From positions 448,001 to 512,000 of the forward strand of contig OZ253555.1 in assembly GCA_965262725.1 (NCBI GenBank): DNA of 64,000 bases, in the 5' to 3' direction. Below, piece by piece: positions 37,591-47,503 of the stretch (its first letter is position 1; each line of letters starts with the position of its first letter). The translations under genes were made by a program, and so were the position numbers. The notes under the pieces were generated by a model. It saw nothing but the letters and a program-made list of their open reading frames with translations, searched no databases and was not told the origin of the DNA. This DNA is from Dehalococcoidia bacterium (GTDB lineage Bacteria; Chloroflexota; Dehalococcoidia; UBA2979).

Positions 37591-40104
37591 GTGACCACCG
37601 AACCACGGAGCTTCACCCGCGAGATTGCTGGGAGGCGCATCGAGATCGAGACCGGGCTTCTGGCGCAGCAGGCAACGGCCTCCTGCACCATCCGTCTCGG
37701 CGACACCATCCTGCTCGTGACGCTCGCCGACGGCGAGCCCAGGCCGGGCATCGACTTCTTCCCGCTCACCGTCGACTTCGAGGAGCGGATGTACGCGATC
37801 GGGAAGATCCCCGGCTCGTTCTTCCGGCGCGAGGGACGTCCGGGCACGGACGCGACGCTCGCTGCGCGCATGACCGACCGACCGATCCGGCCGCTCTTCC
37901 CCAAGGGCTACCGCCGGGAGATCCACGTCGTCTGCACGGTGCTCTCCGCCGACCGAGAGAACCCGGCAGACGCCCTCGCCACGACCGGCGCCTCCACCGT
38001 GCTGATGGCCTCGAACATCCCGTTCGAGGGCCCCGTCTCCTCCGTCCGCATCGGGCGCGTCGACGGGGAGCTCGTGCTCTTCCCGACGTACGAGCAGCTG
38101 GAGGAGTCGGACCTCGACCTCACCGTCGCCGGCACCGACGCCTCCGTCGTGATGCTGGAGGCCGGGGCGAGCGAGGTCGAAGAAGACGACATGATCGAGG
38201 CGATCGACTTCGGGATGGAGGCGGTGCGCGAGCTGAACGCGCTGCAGGCGGAGATCGTCGAGGCCATCGGCGAGTCGAAGCTCCCGTTCACGCCCCCGTC
38301 CGCGGATGAGGAGCTCGCCGCCGCGGTGCGGACGGCGCTCTCAGGCCGCGACCAGGAGCTGCTCGACGCCGTGAAGGCGGAGGGCTGGCGCGGCATCGAC
38401 GTGCTCGGCGCAGAGGTCTTCCAGGAGCTCGGCGGCGAGGAGTCGGCGTACGACGCGCGCACCGTCCGGACGGCGACCGAGGCGGCGCTCAAGCAATTCG
38501 TGCGGGCGCGCATCCTGGGCGAGAACCAGCGCGCAGACGACCGCCCAGAGGAGCAGATCCGCAGCCTCACGGCGCGGGTTGGCGTGTTGCCGCGGGCGCA
38601 CGGGACCGGGCTCTTCAGCCGGGGCGAGACGCAGGTGCTCTCGGTGGCGACGCTGGGCTCTCCCGGCGACAAGCAGCGCCTCGACACGATCGCGCCCGTC
38701 GAGCACAAGACGTACATGCACCACTATAATTTCCCGCCGTTCTCGGTCGGGGAGGCGCGGCCGCTGCGCTCGCCGGGGCGCCGCGAGATCGGCCACGGCG
38801 CGCTCGCGGAGCGCGCGATCATGCCGGTGCTCCCCCCGCAGGAGCAGTTCCCCTACACCATCCGCGTCGTCTCCGACGTGCTCGCCTCCAACGGCTCCAC
38901 CTCGCAGGCCTCGGTCTGCGGCTCGACCCTGGCGCTGATGGATGCGGGCGTTCCCATCAGCGCGCCGGTCGCCGGCATCGCGATGGGGCTGATCTCGACT
39001 CCGGACGGCAGCGACTACCGGATCCTCACCGACATCGCCGGCATCGAGGACGCCTTCGGCGACATGGACTTCAAGGTCGCCGGCACCGCGCGCGGCATCA
39101 CGGCCGTGCAGCTCGACATCAAGCTCGCGCGGCTCCCCGACGATTTCCTGCACCGCGTCTTCGACCGTGCCCGCACGGCGCGCCTCGAGATCCTCGAGGT
39201 GATGAACGGCGCGATCGCCGAGCCGCGCGGGGAGATGTCCCCCTACGCCCCGTCGATCCAGAGCGTGAAGATCGACCCCGAGAAGATCGGCGCCGTGATC
39301 GGGCCCGGCGGGAAGGTCATCCGCGGCATGGAGGAGGAGACGGGCGCCTCGATCTCGGTCGAATCCGACGGAACGGTCTTCGTCGCTGGCTCGCAGGACG
39401 GCGTCGCGGCGGCGCTCAAGCGCATCCGCGGCCTCACCAAGGAGATCGAGGTCGGGGAGGTCTACGAGGGCCCGGTGGTCCGCATCCTCAACTTCGGCGC
39501 CTTCGTCGAGATCCTCCCCGGCAAGGACGGGCTGGTGCACATCTCCGAGCTCGCCCCGGGCCGCGTGAACCGCGTCGAGGACGTCGTGAGCCTGGGCGAT
39601 GTGATCGCGGTCAAGGTCGTCGAGGTCGACAACCTCGGACGCATCAACCTGGCCCGCGTGCAGCCCGGCGAGGACCCCGATCGAGTCGGCCTCGCCGACG
39701 AGGATGCCGATCGCGAGCCCGCGCCGGTGCTCGCCGGAAGCGGATCCGCCCCCGACGAGGAGCTCATCAACGAGGACGAGATCCCCACGCGCTCCTCATC
39801 CTTCGGCGGCTACAGCGGATTCGGCGGCGGCCGCAGTGGTAACGGCGGCGGTGGCGGCGGCCGCGGTCCTGGTGGCGGTGGTTCCCGCGGCGGTGGCGGC
39901 GGCCGCGGTCCTGGCGGCGGCGGTTCCCGCGGCGGTGGCGGTGGCGGCGGCCGGGGTCCTGGCGGCGGTGGTTCCCGTGGCGGTGGCGGCCGCGGCCCCG
40001 GGGGCGGTGGTTCCCGCGGCAGTGGCGGCAGTGGCGGTGGCGGTGGCGGCGGCGGCAGCCGTGGTCCCGGCGGCGGAGACTCCTCGGGCGGTCGCCGCTG
40101 GTAG
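37591..40104 (+). CDS. pnp: Polyribonucleotide nucleotidyltransferase with Gly/Arg-rich tail
   Basis: FFPLTVDFEER, RREGRP, HYNFPPFSVGE, RREIGHG, SNGSTS, GDMDFKVAGT, KH (IGPGGK) and S1 (GLVHISEL) domains. Confidence 0.97.
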   Translation: MTTEPRSFTREIAGRRIEIETGLLAQQATASCTIRLGDTILLVTLADGEPRPGIDFFPLTVDFEERMYAIGKIPGSFFRREGRPGTDATLAARMTDRPIRPLFPKGYRREIHVVCTVLSADRENPADALATTGASTVLMASNIPFEGPVSSVRIGRVDGELVLFPTYEQLEESDLDLTVAGTDASVVMLEAGASEVEEDDMIEAIDFGMEAVRELNALQAEIVEAIGESKLPFTPPSADEELAAAVRTALSGRDQELLDAVKAEGWRGIDVLGAEVFQELGGEESAYDARTVRTATEAALKQFVRARILGENQRADDRPEEQIRSLTARVGVLPRAHGTGLFSRGETQVLSVATLGSPGDKQRLDTIAPVEHKTYMHHYNFPPFSVGEARPLRSPGRREIGHGALAERAIMPVLPPQEQFPYTIRVVSDVLASNGSTSQASVCGSTLALMDAGVPISAPVAGIAMGLISTPDGSDYRILTDIAGIEDAFGDMDFKVAGTARGITAVQLDIKLARLPDDFLHRVFDRARTARLEILEVMNGAIAEPRGEMSPYAPSIQSVKIDPEKIGAVIGPGGKVIRGMEEETGASISVESDGTVFVAGSQDGVAAALKRIRGLTKEIEVGEVYEGPVVRILNFGAFVEILPGKDGLVHISELAPGRVNRVEDVVSLGDVIAVKVVEVDNLGRINLARVQPGEDPDRVGLADEDADREPAPVLAGSGSAPDEELINEDEIPTRSSSFGGYSGFGGGRSGNGGGGGGRGPGGGGSRGGGGGRGPGGGGSRGGGGGGGRGPGGGGSRGGGGRGPGGGGSRGSGGSGGGGGGGGSRGPGGGDSSGGRRW
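39822..40080 (+). repeat. Imperfect tandem repeats encoding GGGGRGPGGGGSR
   Basis: Four near-identical units of about 39-45 bp plus a partial fifth at the 3' end of pnp. Confidence 0.85.
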
Positions 40105-40134
40105 CGGGAGCCCCCCGAGAAGCGTGAGGCGGTG

Positions 40135-40929
40135 ATGCGCGCGATCGTCTCCGGGACCGGCGAGATGGGGCGTCTCGTCATCGAGACGCTCGAGGCCGAG
40201 CCCGGCGTCGAGGTCGTGGGCGTGCTCGAGCCCCTCGTCGGCGAGGCGTCGGCGCGCGAGTACCGCTCGGGCTCGGGCGCCTCGTACCCGATGCATGATG
40301 ACCCCGGGGCGCTCTTCTCCGACACGCGCCCCGACCTGGTCGTCGACTTCACGAATGCCCGGGCGACGCCCCGGCTCATCGGCGCGGTACTGGGGCAGGG
40401 CGTGCGCCCGGTGATCGGCACCTCGGGGGTGCCGGGGGCTGGGGTCGAGCGGCTTCGCGCCGGGCTTGCGGACCGCAGGCTCGGCGGCGTGATCGCCGCG
40501 AACTTCGCGGTGGGCGCCGTCGTGCAGATGCACCTCGCGCGCGTCGCGGCGCGCTTCTTCGACGCGGCTGAGGTCATCGAGCTTCACCACGACCGCAAGG
40601 CGGACTCCCCCTCCGGCACCGCGCTCGCCACGGCGGCCGGGATGCGCGAGGAGCGGGGCTCCGACTTTGAGCACCCTGACCCCGAGCTCGAGCACCTGCC
40701 CGGAGCCCGCGGCGCCGTGCTCGGAGGGGTCGGGATCCACTCCGTCCGGCTCCCCGGGCTCGTCGCTCACCAGGAGGTGATCCTGGGCGGCCGCGGCCAG
40801 ACGCTCTCGCTGCGCCACGACACCCTCGGGCGCGAGTCGTTCATGCCCGGCGTGGTCCTCGCCGTCCGCGCCGTGATGGATCTCGAGGGCCTCGTCGAAG
40901 GGCTCGACTCGCTCATCGGGCTGAGCTAG
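40135..40929 (+). CDS. dapB: 4-hydroxy-tetrahydrodipicolinate reductase
   Basis: VDFT, VIGTSG, NFAVG, ELHHDRKADSPSGTA, HSVRLPGLVAHQEV. Confidence 0.95.
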   Translation: MRAIVSGTGEMGRLVIETLEAEPGVEVVGVLEPLVGEASAREYRSGSGASYPMHDDPGALFSDTRPDLVVDFTNARATPRLIGAVLGQGVRPVIGTSGVPGAGVERLRAGLADRRLGGVIAANFAVGAVVQMHLARVAARFFDAAEVIELHHDRKADSPSGTALATAAGMREERGSDFEHPDPELEHLPGARGAVLGGVGIHSVRLPGLVAHQEVILGGRGQTLSLRHDTLGRESFMPGVVLAVRAVMDLEGLVEGLDSLIGLS

Positions 40930-41011
40930 CCGCCCCATCTCGCCACCGGGAGCCGTGCCCCCTACGATGGGAACGGCGGCTCATCTCGCTTTCGACCGGG
41001 GGGAGGATTTT

Positions 41012-42064
41012 GTGTCGGGTTCAGCGCGTCCCACCGTGGCTGTGATCGGCGCGACGGGCGCCGTCGGCGCCTCCTTCCTCCGTGTCGCCCAGGAGCGCGA
41101 CTTCCCCATCGGTGAGCTGAGGCTGCTCGCGAGCGCCCGCTCCGCCGGTCGAAAGCTCCGCTTCCGCGGCGAGGAGCACGAGGTGCGCGAGACGAGCGAG
41201 CAGGCGCTGGAGGGTGCCGACCTCGTCTTCTGCTCGGCGAACTCTCGGGTCTCGAAGCGGTGGGGGCCGGTCGTGGCGGTCTCCGGCGGCGTCTTCATCG
41301 ACGACGGCTCCGCCTTCCGGATGGAGCCCGCGGTCCCCCTCGTCGTGCCCGAGGTGAACGGCTCCGACGTCGAGTGGCATCAGGGGATCCTCTCGATCCC
41401 GAACTGCACGACCACCCCGCTCGTGGTGGCGCTCGACGCGATGCGTCGAGTGGCGCCGCTCTCGCGCGTCAGCGTCGCGACCTACCAGTCGGTGACCGGC
41501 GTCGGCGCTGCCGCCGCCGCCGAGCTTCAGGCGCAGATCGCCGCCATCGGCCGCGGCGAGGAGCCGGCTCCGCCGCGGGAGCTGCCGCATCAGATCGCCC
41601 TCAACGTGATTCCGCAGGTCGACGACTTCGCGGAGGACGGCTACACCGTCGAGGAGCTGAAGATGCGCAACGAGTCGCGCAAGATCCTGCACCAGCCGGA
41701 ACTGCGCTTCTCGGCCACCTGCGTACGCGTGCCGACGATGATCGGGCACGCCGAGGCGGTGCACGTCGAGTTCGACTCGGCCGCACCGCTGGAGGCGCTG
41801 CGCGCAGAGCTCGAGGCGCAGCCCGGCCTCGAGCTTCAGGACGACCCGAAGGCGGGGCTCTACCCCACGCCGCTCTCCACCCAGGACGACGACCGCGTCT
41901 TCGTCGGGCGGCTCAGGCGGGACCCGAGCGTTCAGCACGGCGCCGTCTTCTGGGTGGTCTCCGACAACCTGCGCAAGGGCGCCGCCACCAACGCCATCCA
42001 GATCGCGGAGGAGGTGATGGCGCGCGGCCGGCTCGGCGCGCGGGAGGCCGCCGCGGCGCTATAG
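41012..42064 (+). CDS. asd: Aspartate-semialdehyde dehydrogenase
   Basis: GATGAVG, SAFRM..PLVVPEVN, PNCTT, TYQSVTG, SATCVRVP, DNLRKGAATNAIQIAE. Confidence 0.95.
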   Translation: MSGSARPTVAVIGATGAVGASFLRVAQERDFPIGELRLLASARSAGRKLRFRGEEHEVRETSEQALEGADLVFCSANSRVSKRWGPVVAVSGGVFIDDGSAFRMEPAVPLVVPEVNGSDVEWHQGILSIPNCTTTPLVVALDAMRRVAPLSRVSVATYQSVTGVGAAAAAELQAQIAAIGRGEEPAPPRELPHQIALNVIPQVDDFAEDGYTVEELKMRNESRKILHQPELRFSATCVRVPTMIGHAEAVHVEFDSAAPLEALRAELEAQPGLELQDDPKAGLYPTPLSTQDDDRVFVGRLRRDPSVQHGAVFWVVSDNLRKGAATNAIQIAEEVMARGRLGAREAAAAL

Positions 42065-42119
42065 TAGGGTTCCGGAGAGCGGCTCCCCGCGCTCCGGTCG
42101 CCGTCGGGGGAGTTGCGGC

Positions 42120-43022
42120 ATGGCGCGCGCCTGGGGCCGCCTTCTGACCGCGATGGTGACGCCCTTCACCGAGGACGGCGCCGTCGACGAGGCGCGCTCA
42201 GGCGAGCTGGCGCGGGCGCTGCTCGACTCGGGCTCGGATGGCCTCGTTCTCACCGGCACCACCGGCGAGTGCCCGACCCTCAGCATCGAGGAGCAGGTCG
42301 GTGTGTGGCGCGCCGTGCGCTCCGCCGTCGGCACGGAGGCGCAGCTCGTCGCTGGGGCCTCGACCAACTCGACGGCTGAGTCCCTCGAGATGGTGGAGGA
42401 GGGCGTCGGTGCCGGCGTCGACGCGCTGATGCTCACCGTCCCCTACTACAACAAGCCGTCGCAGGCGGGACTCGTGCGCCACTTCTCCCTACTCGCTCAG
42501 GCGACGCCGCTCCCCTGCATCCTCTACAACGTCCCGTCGCGGACGGCCGTCAACATGACCGCCGAGACGACGGCACGACTCGCCGAGGTCCCGAACATCG
42601 TCGGCGTCAAGGAGGCGTCGGGCGACCTCGCGCAGGTAGCGGAGATCATCGAACGCACGGCCCTGACGGACTTCCGTGTCTGGTCGGGGAACGACGCCGA
42701 CACGCTGCCGCTGCTCGCGGTCGGCGGCTACGGCGTGGTCTCCGTCGCCTCGCACCTCGTGGGGTGGCAGATCGCCCGGATGATCGAGGCGGCGCTGTCA
42801 GGCCGCACCGGGGAGGCGGCGACCGTCCACCGCCGCCTCGCCCCGCTCGTGGACTCCCTCTTCATCGAGAGCAACCCGGCGCCGGTGAAGTTCGCGCTGA
42901 ACGAGATCGGCTTTCACGTGGGGCCGCTCCGGCTTCCGCTCGTCCAGCCCTCGGAGGCCTCGCAGGCGCGCATCCGAGGCGAGCTCGCCCGCCACAGCAT
43001 CGACCTGCCGGTCCCCGCGTAG
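42120..43022 (+). CDS. dapA: 4-hydroxy-tetrahydrodipicolinate synthase
   Basis: TAMVTPF, GTTGE, PYYNKPSQ, LYNVPSRT, GVKEASG, ESNPAPVK. Confidence 0.95.
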   Translation: MARAWGRLLTAMVTPFTEDGAVDEARSGELARALLDSGSDGLVLTGTTGECPTLSIEEQVGVWRAVRSAVGTEAQLVAGASTNSTAESLEMVEEGVGAGVDALMLTVPYYNKPSQAGLVRHFSLLAQATPLPCILYNVPSRTAVNMTAETTARLAEVPNIVGVKEASGDLAQVAEIIERTALTDFRVWSGNDADTLPLLAVGGYGVVSVASHLVGWQIARMIEAALSGRTGEAATVHRRLAPLVDSLFIESNPAPVKFALNEIGFHVGPLRLPLVQPSEASQARIRGELARHSIDLPVPA

Positions 43023-43251
43023 GCACCGGCCTCGCCACACGCGACGCGAGGCTCACCACCGCGCGGCAGCGCGGGCTCCGGCACGAACTGCCGGGCCGGA
43101 GCCCCGCCGCGCTGGCGCCCGGCGCGACGATCACACCCCCGGGACCGACGGTGCTCTGTCGGGAGCGCTCGCCGAGGGCGGGGGCCCCGCGCGCGGCTCC
43201 CCGGGTTCCCCTTGGGGGGACGGGTCTGTCAGCTCGACTCGGCGACGCGGT

Positions 43252-46200
43252 CTACCGCAGGGGCGGCGCGACCTCGGCGCGGTATGCCTCGAACGCCGAG
43301 TCGAAGTCCGTGACGCTCAGGCCGAACGCAGCCTCGAACGCCTCCTGCCAGTTCGCCGACGAGGCGCGCGCGCGGTAGTACTCGACGATGGCGGGTTCGC
43401 CTGCGCGCTCGGCGAGCCACTCGCCCGCCAGGAACGCCAGCGCTCTCGCGTCCCAGTACCCGGCAGCGGTGGCGTCGTCGTAGGTCTCGAGGCTGCTCAG
43501 GCGTTGCGCGAGACGACTCGCGCGCACGATCTGGCCACGCCGGATCTCATCCCAGGTCCACCTCCCCGCCTCCACCCGGTAGGTCTCTTCCAGGTAGCTG
43601 TCCGTGGCGAGGAGCAACCAGCGGGGGCCCCGGCGGTCGTGCCCGTCGGGTGCCTCGGGCAGAGCCGCCCAGGGCGCCAGCCGTACCCGGATGGCGTCCC
43701 AGTGGTAGCGGTCGATGAGGTGCGGGGGTGCGTCGCGGCAGGTCATGTCGATGGTCGCGACCACGCCGACACGTGCCCGGCTGCAGAAGTCCTCCGGCAA
43801 CTCCGTCCCGTACACGCGCAGGTGGACCGCGGCGAGCGCCTCGCCGCCCCCGACGTAGACCGTGTGGTCCGCCGTCCCCGCAGCGAAGCGCTCGCTGAAG
43901 AAGGTCTGCACCTGCTCGAACGTGGCGCGAACGGCCGCCTCCTCCTCTGGCGACAGCTCGCCCAGGAGCACGAGGACGGGCTCCTCACTGTCGTCGGTGA
44001 GGTGTGGCAGGGGCGGCGCGACCTCGGCGCGGTATGCCTCGAACGCCGAGTCGAAGTCCGTGACGCTCAGGCCGAACGCGGCCTCGAACGCCTCCTGCCA
44101 GTTCGCCGACGAGGCGAGCACGCGGTAGTACTCGACGATGGCGGGTTCGCCCGCGCGCTCGGCGAGCCACTCGCCCGCCAGGAACGCCAGCGCTCTCGCG
44201 TCCCAGTACCCGGCAGCGGTGGCGTCGTCGTAGGTCTCGAGGCTGTTCAGGCGTTGCGCGAGACGACTCGCGCGCACGATCTGGCCACGCCGGATCTCAT
44301 CCCAGGTCGCCCTCCCCGCCTCCACCCGGTAGGTCTCTTCCAGGTAGCTATCCGTGGCGAGGAGCAACCAGCGGGGGCCCCGGCGGTCGTGCCCGTCGGG
44401 TACCTCGGGCAGAGCCGCCCAGGGTGCCAGCCGTTCCCGGATGGCGTCCCAGTGGTAGCGGTCGATGAGGTGCGGGGGTGCGTCGCGGCAGGTCATGTCG
44501 ATGGTCGCGACCACGCCGACACGTGCCCGGCTGCAGAAGTCCTCCGGCAACTCCGTCCCGTACACGCGCAGGTGGACCGCGGCGAGCGCCTCGCCGCCCC
44601 CGACGTAGACCGTGTGGTCCGCGGTCCCCGCAGCGAAGCGCTCGCTGAAGAAGTTCTGCACCTGCTCGAATGTGGCGCGGACGGCTGCCTCCTCCTCTGG
44701 CGACAGCTCGCCCAGGAGCACGAGGACTGGCTCCTCGCTGTCGTCGGTGAGGTGTGGCAGCGGCGGCGCGACGGCGGCGCGGTAGAGCTCGAACGCCGAG
44801 TCGAAGTTCGTGACGCTCAGGCCGAACGCGGCCTCGAACGCCTCCTGCCAGTTCGCCGACGAGGGGAGCGCGCGGTAGTAGTCGACGATCGCGTGGTCGC
44901 CCGCGCGCTCGGCGAGCCACTCGCCCGCCAGGAATGCCAGCGCTCTCGCGTCCCAGTACCCGGCGGCGGTGGCGTCGTCATAGGTCTCGAGGCTGCTCAG
45001 GCGTTGTGCGAGACGACTCGCGCGCACGATCTGGCCACGCCGGATCTCATCCCAGGGCGCCCTCCCCGACTCCACCTGGTAGGCCTCTTCGAGGTAGCTA
45101 TCCGTCGCGAGAAGCAACCAGCGGGGTCCCCGGCGGTCGTGCCCGTCGGGTGCCTCGGGCAGAGCCGCCCAGGGCGCCAGCCGTTCCCGGATGGCGTCCC
45201 AGTGGTAGAGGTCGATGTAGTGCGGGGGTGCGTCGCGGCAGGTCGTGTCGATGGTCGCGACCACGCCGGCACGTGCCCGGCTGCAGAAGTCCTCCGGCAA
45301 CTCCGTCCCGTACACGCGCAGGTGGACCTCGGCGAGCGCCTCGCCGCCCCCGACGTAGACTGTGTGGTCTGCCGTCCCTGCCGCGAAGCGCTCGCTGAAG
45401 AAGGTCTGCACCTGCTCGAACGTGGCGCGGACGGCCGCCTCCTCCTCTGGCGACACCTCGCCCACGAGCACGAGGACGGGCTCGTCGCTGTCGTCGGTGA
45501 GGTGTGGCAGCGGCGGCGCGACAGCGGCGCGGTATGCCTCGAACTCCTCGTAAAAATCGCTGCTGCCGATGCCGAAGGCGGACTCGAATGCCTCCTCCCA
45601 TGTCCCGTCGCCCGACAGGGTCCTGAAGAAACCCAGGACGGCCTCTTCGCTGGAGTGGTCGACGAGCCAGTCCGCCGCGACAAATCCGAGGTGGTACCCG
45701 GGGGTCCCGGGAGAGAGGAATGCGTCGTACTCCTCGATCTCCTCCAGCGCCGGCGGAGTGAGCCCGATCAGTGCGGATATGTCGTTGCCGAGCTGGCGAT
45801 CGAGCTGCTCCGACAGCGTCAACTCGTCGGAGGTGACTCCGACGTACACCGCCGCGGCCCAGGATGCCGACCCCTCGATCATCCATGCCGGCCCGCGTCC
45901 CCGCCGGTGGCGGCTCAGGGACTGCTGGAGGATGTGGAAGTACTCGTGCGGGTAGGTGCCCGCGAAGATGCACTCCACCCGTGCGAACACGGCGCCGGAT
46001 CCGGCGTTTGCACACAGGTTCTCGGGGGGCGGGCCCCCTCGGACCTGAACGTACGTCTCGGTCAGGGATTCGAGGTCGCCGACGTAGCTTGAGAACGGCG
46101 CCTGGACGCCCCAGCGTTCCGCGAAGACGGCCCGGGTGTCATCCAGCCATCCGCGGATCTCGGCATGCCGCTCTTCCGGAACGTCGCCGAGGAACACGAC

Positions 46201-46824
46201 CGGCGCGGGTGCCCGTCCGGGCTGCCACCACCGCGCGTCCGCGGTCAGTTCGACGAACAGTCCGTCCCCGTGATCCAGCGCGGCGATGGCGCTCGAGGAG
46301 CGCTCGGCGCCGGGGCGGTACTGCTTGTACGCCTGCGTCTTTGCATCCCACTGCCAGGTACGGACCAGCGAATCGCCGAAGCGCGAGGTTGCCTCATCAA
46401 TCGCCGTTTCGTCGCGGCCTGCCCAGCCCACGAGATTCCGACCAGCCTGCAGCGAGAGCAGCACGCTGGTCGCCGAGGCGGGACGCGTCCACTGAAACGG
46501 CAGGTCCCCGCCCAGTTTCAGCCACAGCCCCATGCCGGGAGCGACGACCTCGAGGGCGTATCGGGGGATGCTGTTACGCCCCCTCCGCCGGTAACGCTGC
46601 TCGGCCGCGTCCCACGCGGAGACGAGCTCAAGCGCCGGGATTGCCTCGAAGAGGTCCGTGACCGGCGCCTCCGGCCCGAGCCAACCGACCATGTTCCAGC
46701 CGGGCTGGAGCACCGTCGTGACCGTCTCCGCCCCGGCCGCCTCCCCCGATTCCGCGGAGGCACGGGCGGGCGTGCCTGCAAGCGCGGCGCCGACCACGAG
46801 CACAGCGAGGGCGGCGCCCAGCAC
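43252..46824 (-). CDS. Large secreted protein: two GWNxVGW-type domains, one gluzincin-like (HEYFH) domain, three tandem 250-aa paralogous domains
   Basis: Signal peptide, LQPGWNMVGW / LQAGRNLVGW, HEYFH...GPAWMIEGSA, then three near-identical repeats. Confidence 0.8.
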   Translation of the reverse strand: MLGAALAVLVVGAALAGTPARASAESGEAAGAETVTTVLQPGWNMVGWLGPEAPVTDLFEAIPALELVSAWDAAEQRYRRRGRNSIPRYALEVVAPGMGLWLKLGGDLPFQWTRPASATSVLLSLQAGRNLVGWAGRDETAIDEATSRFGDSLVRTWQWDAKTQAYKQYRPGAERSSSAIAALDHGDGLFVELTADARWWQPGRAPAPVVFLGDVPEERHAEIRGWLDDTRAVFAERWGVQAPFSSYVGDLESLTETYVQVRGGPPPENLCANAGSGAVFARVECIFAGTYPHEYFHILQQSLSRHRRGRGPAWMIEGSASWAAAVYVGVTSDELTLSEQLDRQLGNDISALIGLTPPALEEIEEYDAFLSPGTPGYHLGFVAADWLVDHSSEEAVLGFFRTLSGDGTWEEAFESAFGIGSSDFYEEFEAYRAAVAPPLPHLTDDSDEPVLVLVGEVSPEEEAAVRATFEQVQTFFSERFAAGTADHTVYVGGGEALAEVHLRVYGTELPEDFCSRARAGVVATIDTTCRDAPPHYIDLYHWDAIRERLAPWAALPEAPDGHDRRGPRWLLLATDSYLEEAYQVESGRAPWDEIRRGQIVRASRLAQRLSSLETYDDATAAGYWDARALAFLAGEWLAERAGDHAIVDYYRALPSSANWQEAFEAAFGLSVTNFDSAFELYRAAVAPPLPHLTDDSEEPVLVLLGELSPEEEAAVRATFEQVQNFFSERFAAGTADHTVYVGGGEALAAVHLRVYGTELPEDFCSRARVGVVATIDMTCRDAPPHLIDRYHWDAIRERLAPWAALPEVPDGHDRRGPRWLLLATDSYLEETYRVEAGRATWDEIRRGQIVRASRLAQRLNSLETYDDATAAGYWDARALAFLAGEWLAERAGEPAIVEYYRVLASSANWQEAFEAAFGLSVTDFDSAFEAYRAEVAPPLPHLTDDSEEPVLVLLGELSPEEEAAVRATFEQVQTFFSERFAAGTADHTVYVGGGEALAAVHLRVYGTELPEDFCSRARVGVVATIDMTCRDAPPHLIDRYHWDAIRVRLAPWAALPEAPDGHDRRGPRWLLLATDSYLEETYRVEAGRWTWDEIRRGQIVRASRLAQRLSSLETYDDATAAGYWDARALAFLAGEWLAERAGEPAIVEYYRARASSANWQEAFEAAFGLSVTDFDSAFEAYRAEVAPPLR
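43258..45545 (-). repeat. 3 x 750-bp near-identical intragenic tandem repeats
   Basis: Anchor motif (G/C)GGCGGCGCGAC..CGGCGCGGTA recurs at 43261, 44011, 44761 and 45511. Confidence 0.95.
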
Positions 46825-46845
46825 CCCCGCGTGGCAAGCCGCCGG

Positions 46846-47460
46846 CTACGCGCTCGGCGGGGAGCCCACGCGGCGATGGTCATCTTCCCGGGGGTGTTGC
46901 GGCGGCTCGTCGCGCAGGGAGAGCCACGCGGCCCAGTCGGCGCGCAGGCGGGCGCGGGCCTTCTCGTAGCCTCGACGGTCGCCGATGCCGCCGCCGAGGA
47001 TGCCGGCGAGCGCGCGCCCGCCGATGAAGAGGAAGAGCACGTAGCTGATGGTCGCGGCGATGAGGTTGTCGCGGAGCGGCGGGAGGCCCAGCACGAGTGC
47101 GAGGCCGCCTGCGATCGCGAGGCCGAGCCCCAGGTAGGCGAAGCCCGTCACGTAGGCGCGCTCCGTCTTGCGCTGTTGCCTGAGCATCGCCATCACCTCG
47201 TCGGGGACGGAGGCGATGGGGGCGCGGCCCGACTCCGTCTCCTCGCCGCAGTGCGGGCAGCGCGCACGCTCCGGCGACATCGGGGTGTAGCAGTGCCCGC
47301 AGAAGCGGCCGGCGCGCGGCTCGTCGCCGCGGCTGACCGCGACGAGGTGCTCCTCCAGCCGCTCGCTGAAGAGGGGGCAGTCGTCGTCGTGATCGAAGCG
47401 CCTCTCGCCCGAGCCGAGGCGGGAGCTCCCGCCGCCGAAGCGGCCCCGCAGGAGTCTCAT
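46846..47460 (-). CDS. Zinc-ribbon membrane protein, hypothetical
   Basis: CGHC..CPHCG followed by two TM helices. Confidence 0.7.
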   Translation of the reverse strand: MRLLRGRFGGGSSRLGSGERRFDHDDDCPLFSERLEEHLVAVSRGDEPRAGRFCGHCYTPMSPERARCPHCGEETESGRAPIASVPDEVMAMLRQQRKTERAYVTGFAYLGLGLAIAGGLALVLGLPPLRDNLIAATISYVLFLFIGGRALAGILGGGIGDRRGYEKARARLRADWAAWLSLRDEPPQHPREDDHRRVGSPPSA

Positions 47461-47503
47461 CTCGCCCCCGGTGCGCCCAGCACAGCGGTCCTGAGAGGGG
47501 CCA

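Noticed and set aside
43258-45545. Diversity-generating retroelement TR/VR pair
   Set aside because: Repeats are in-frame whole domains and no reverse transcriptase gene is present in the window.
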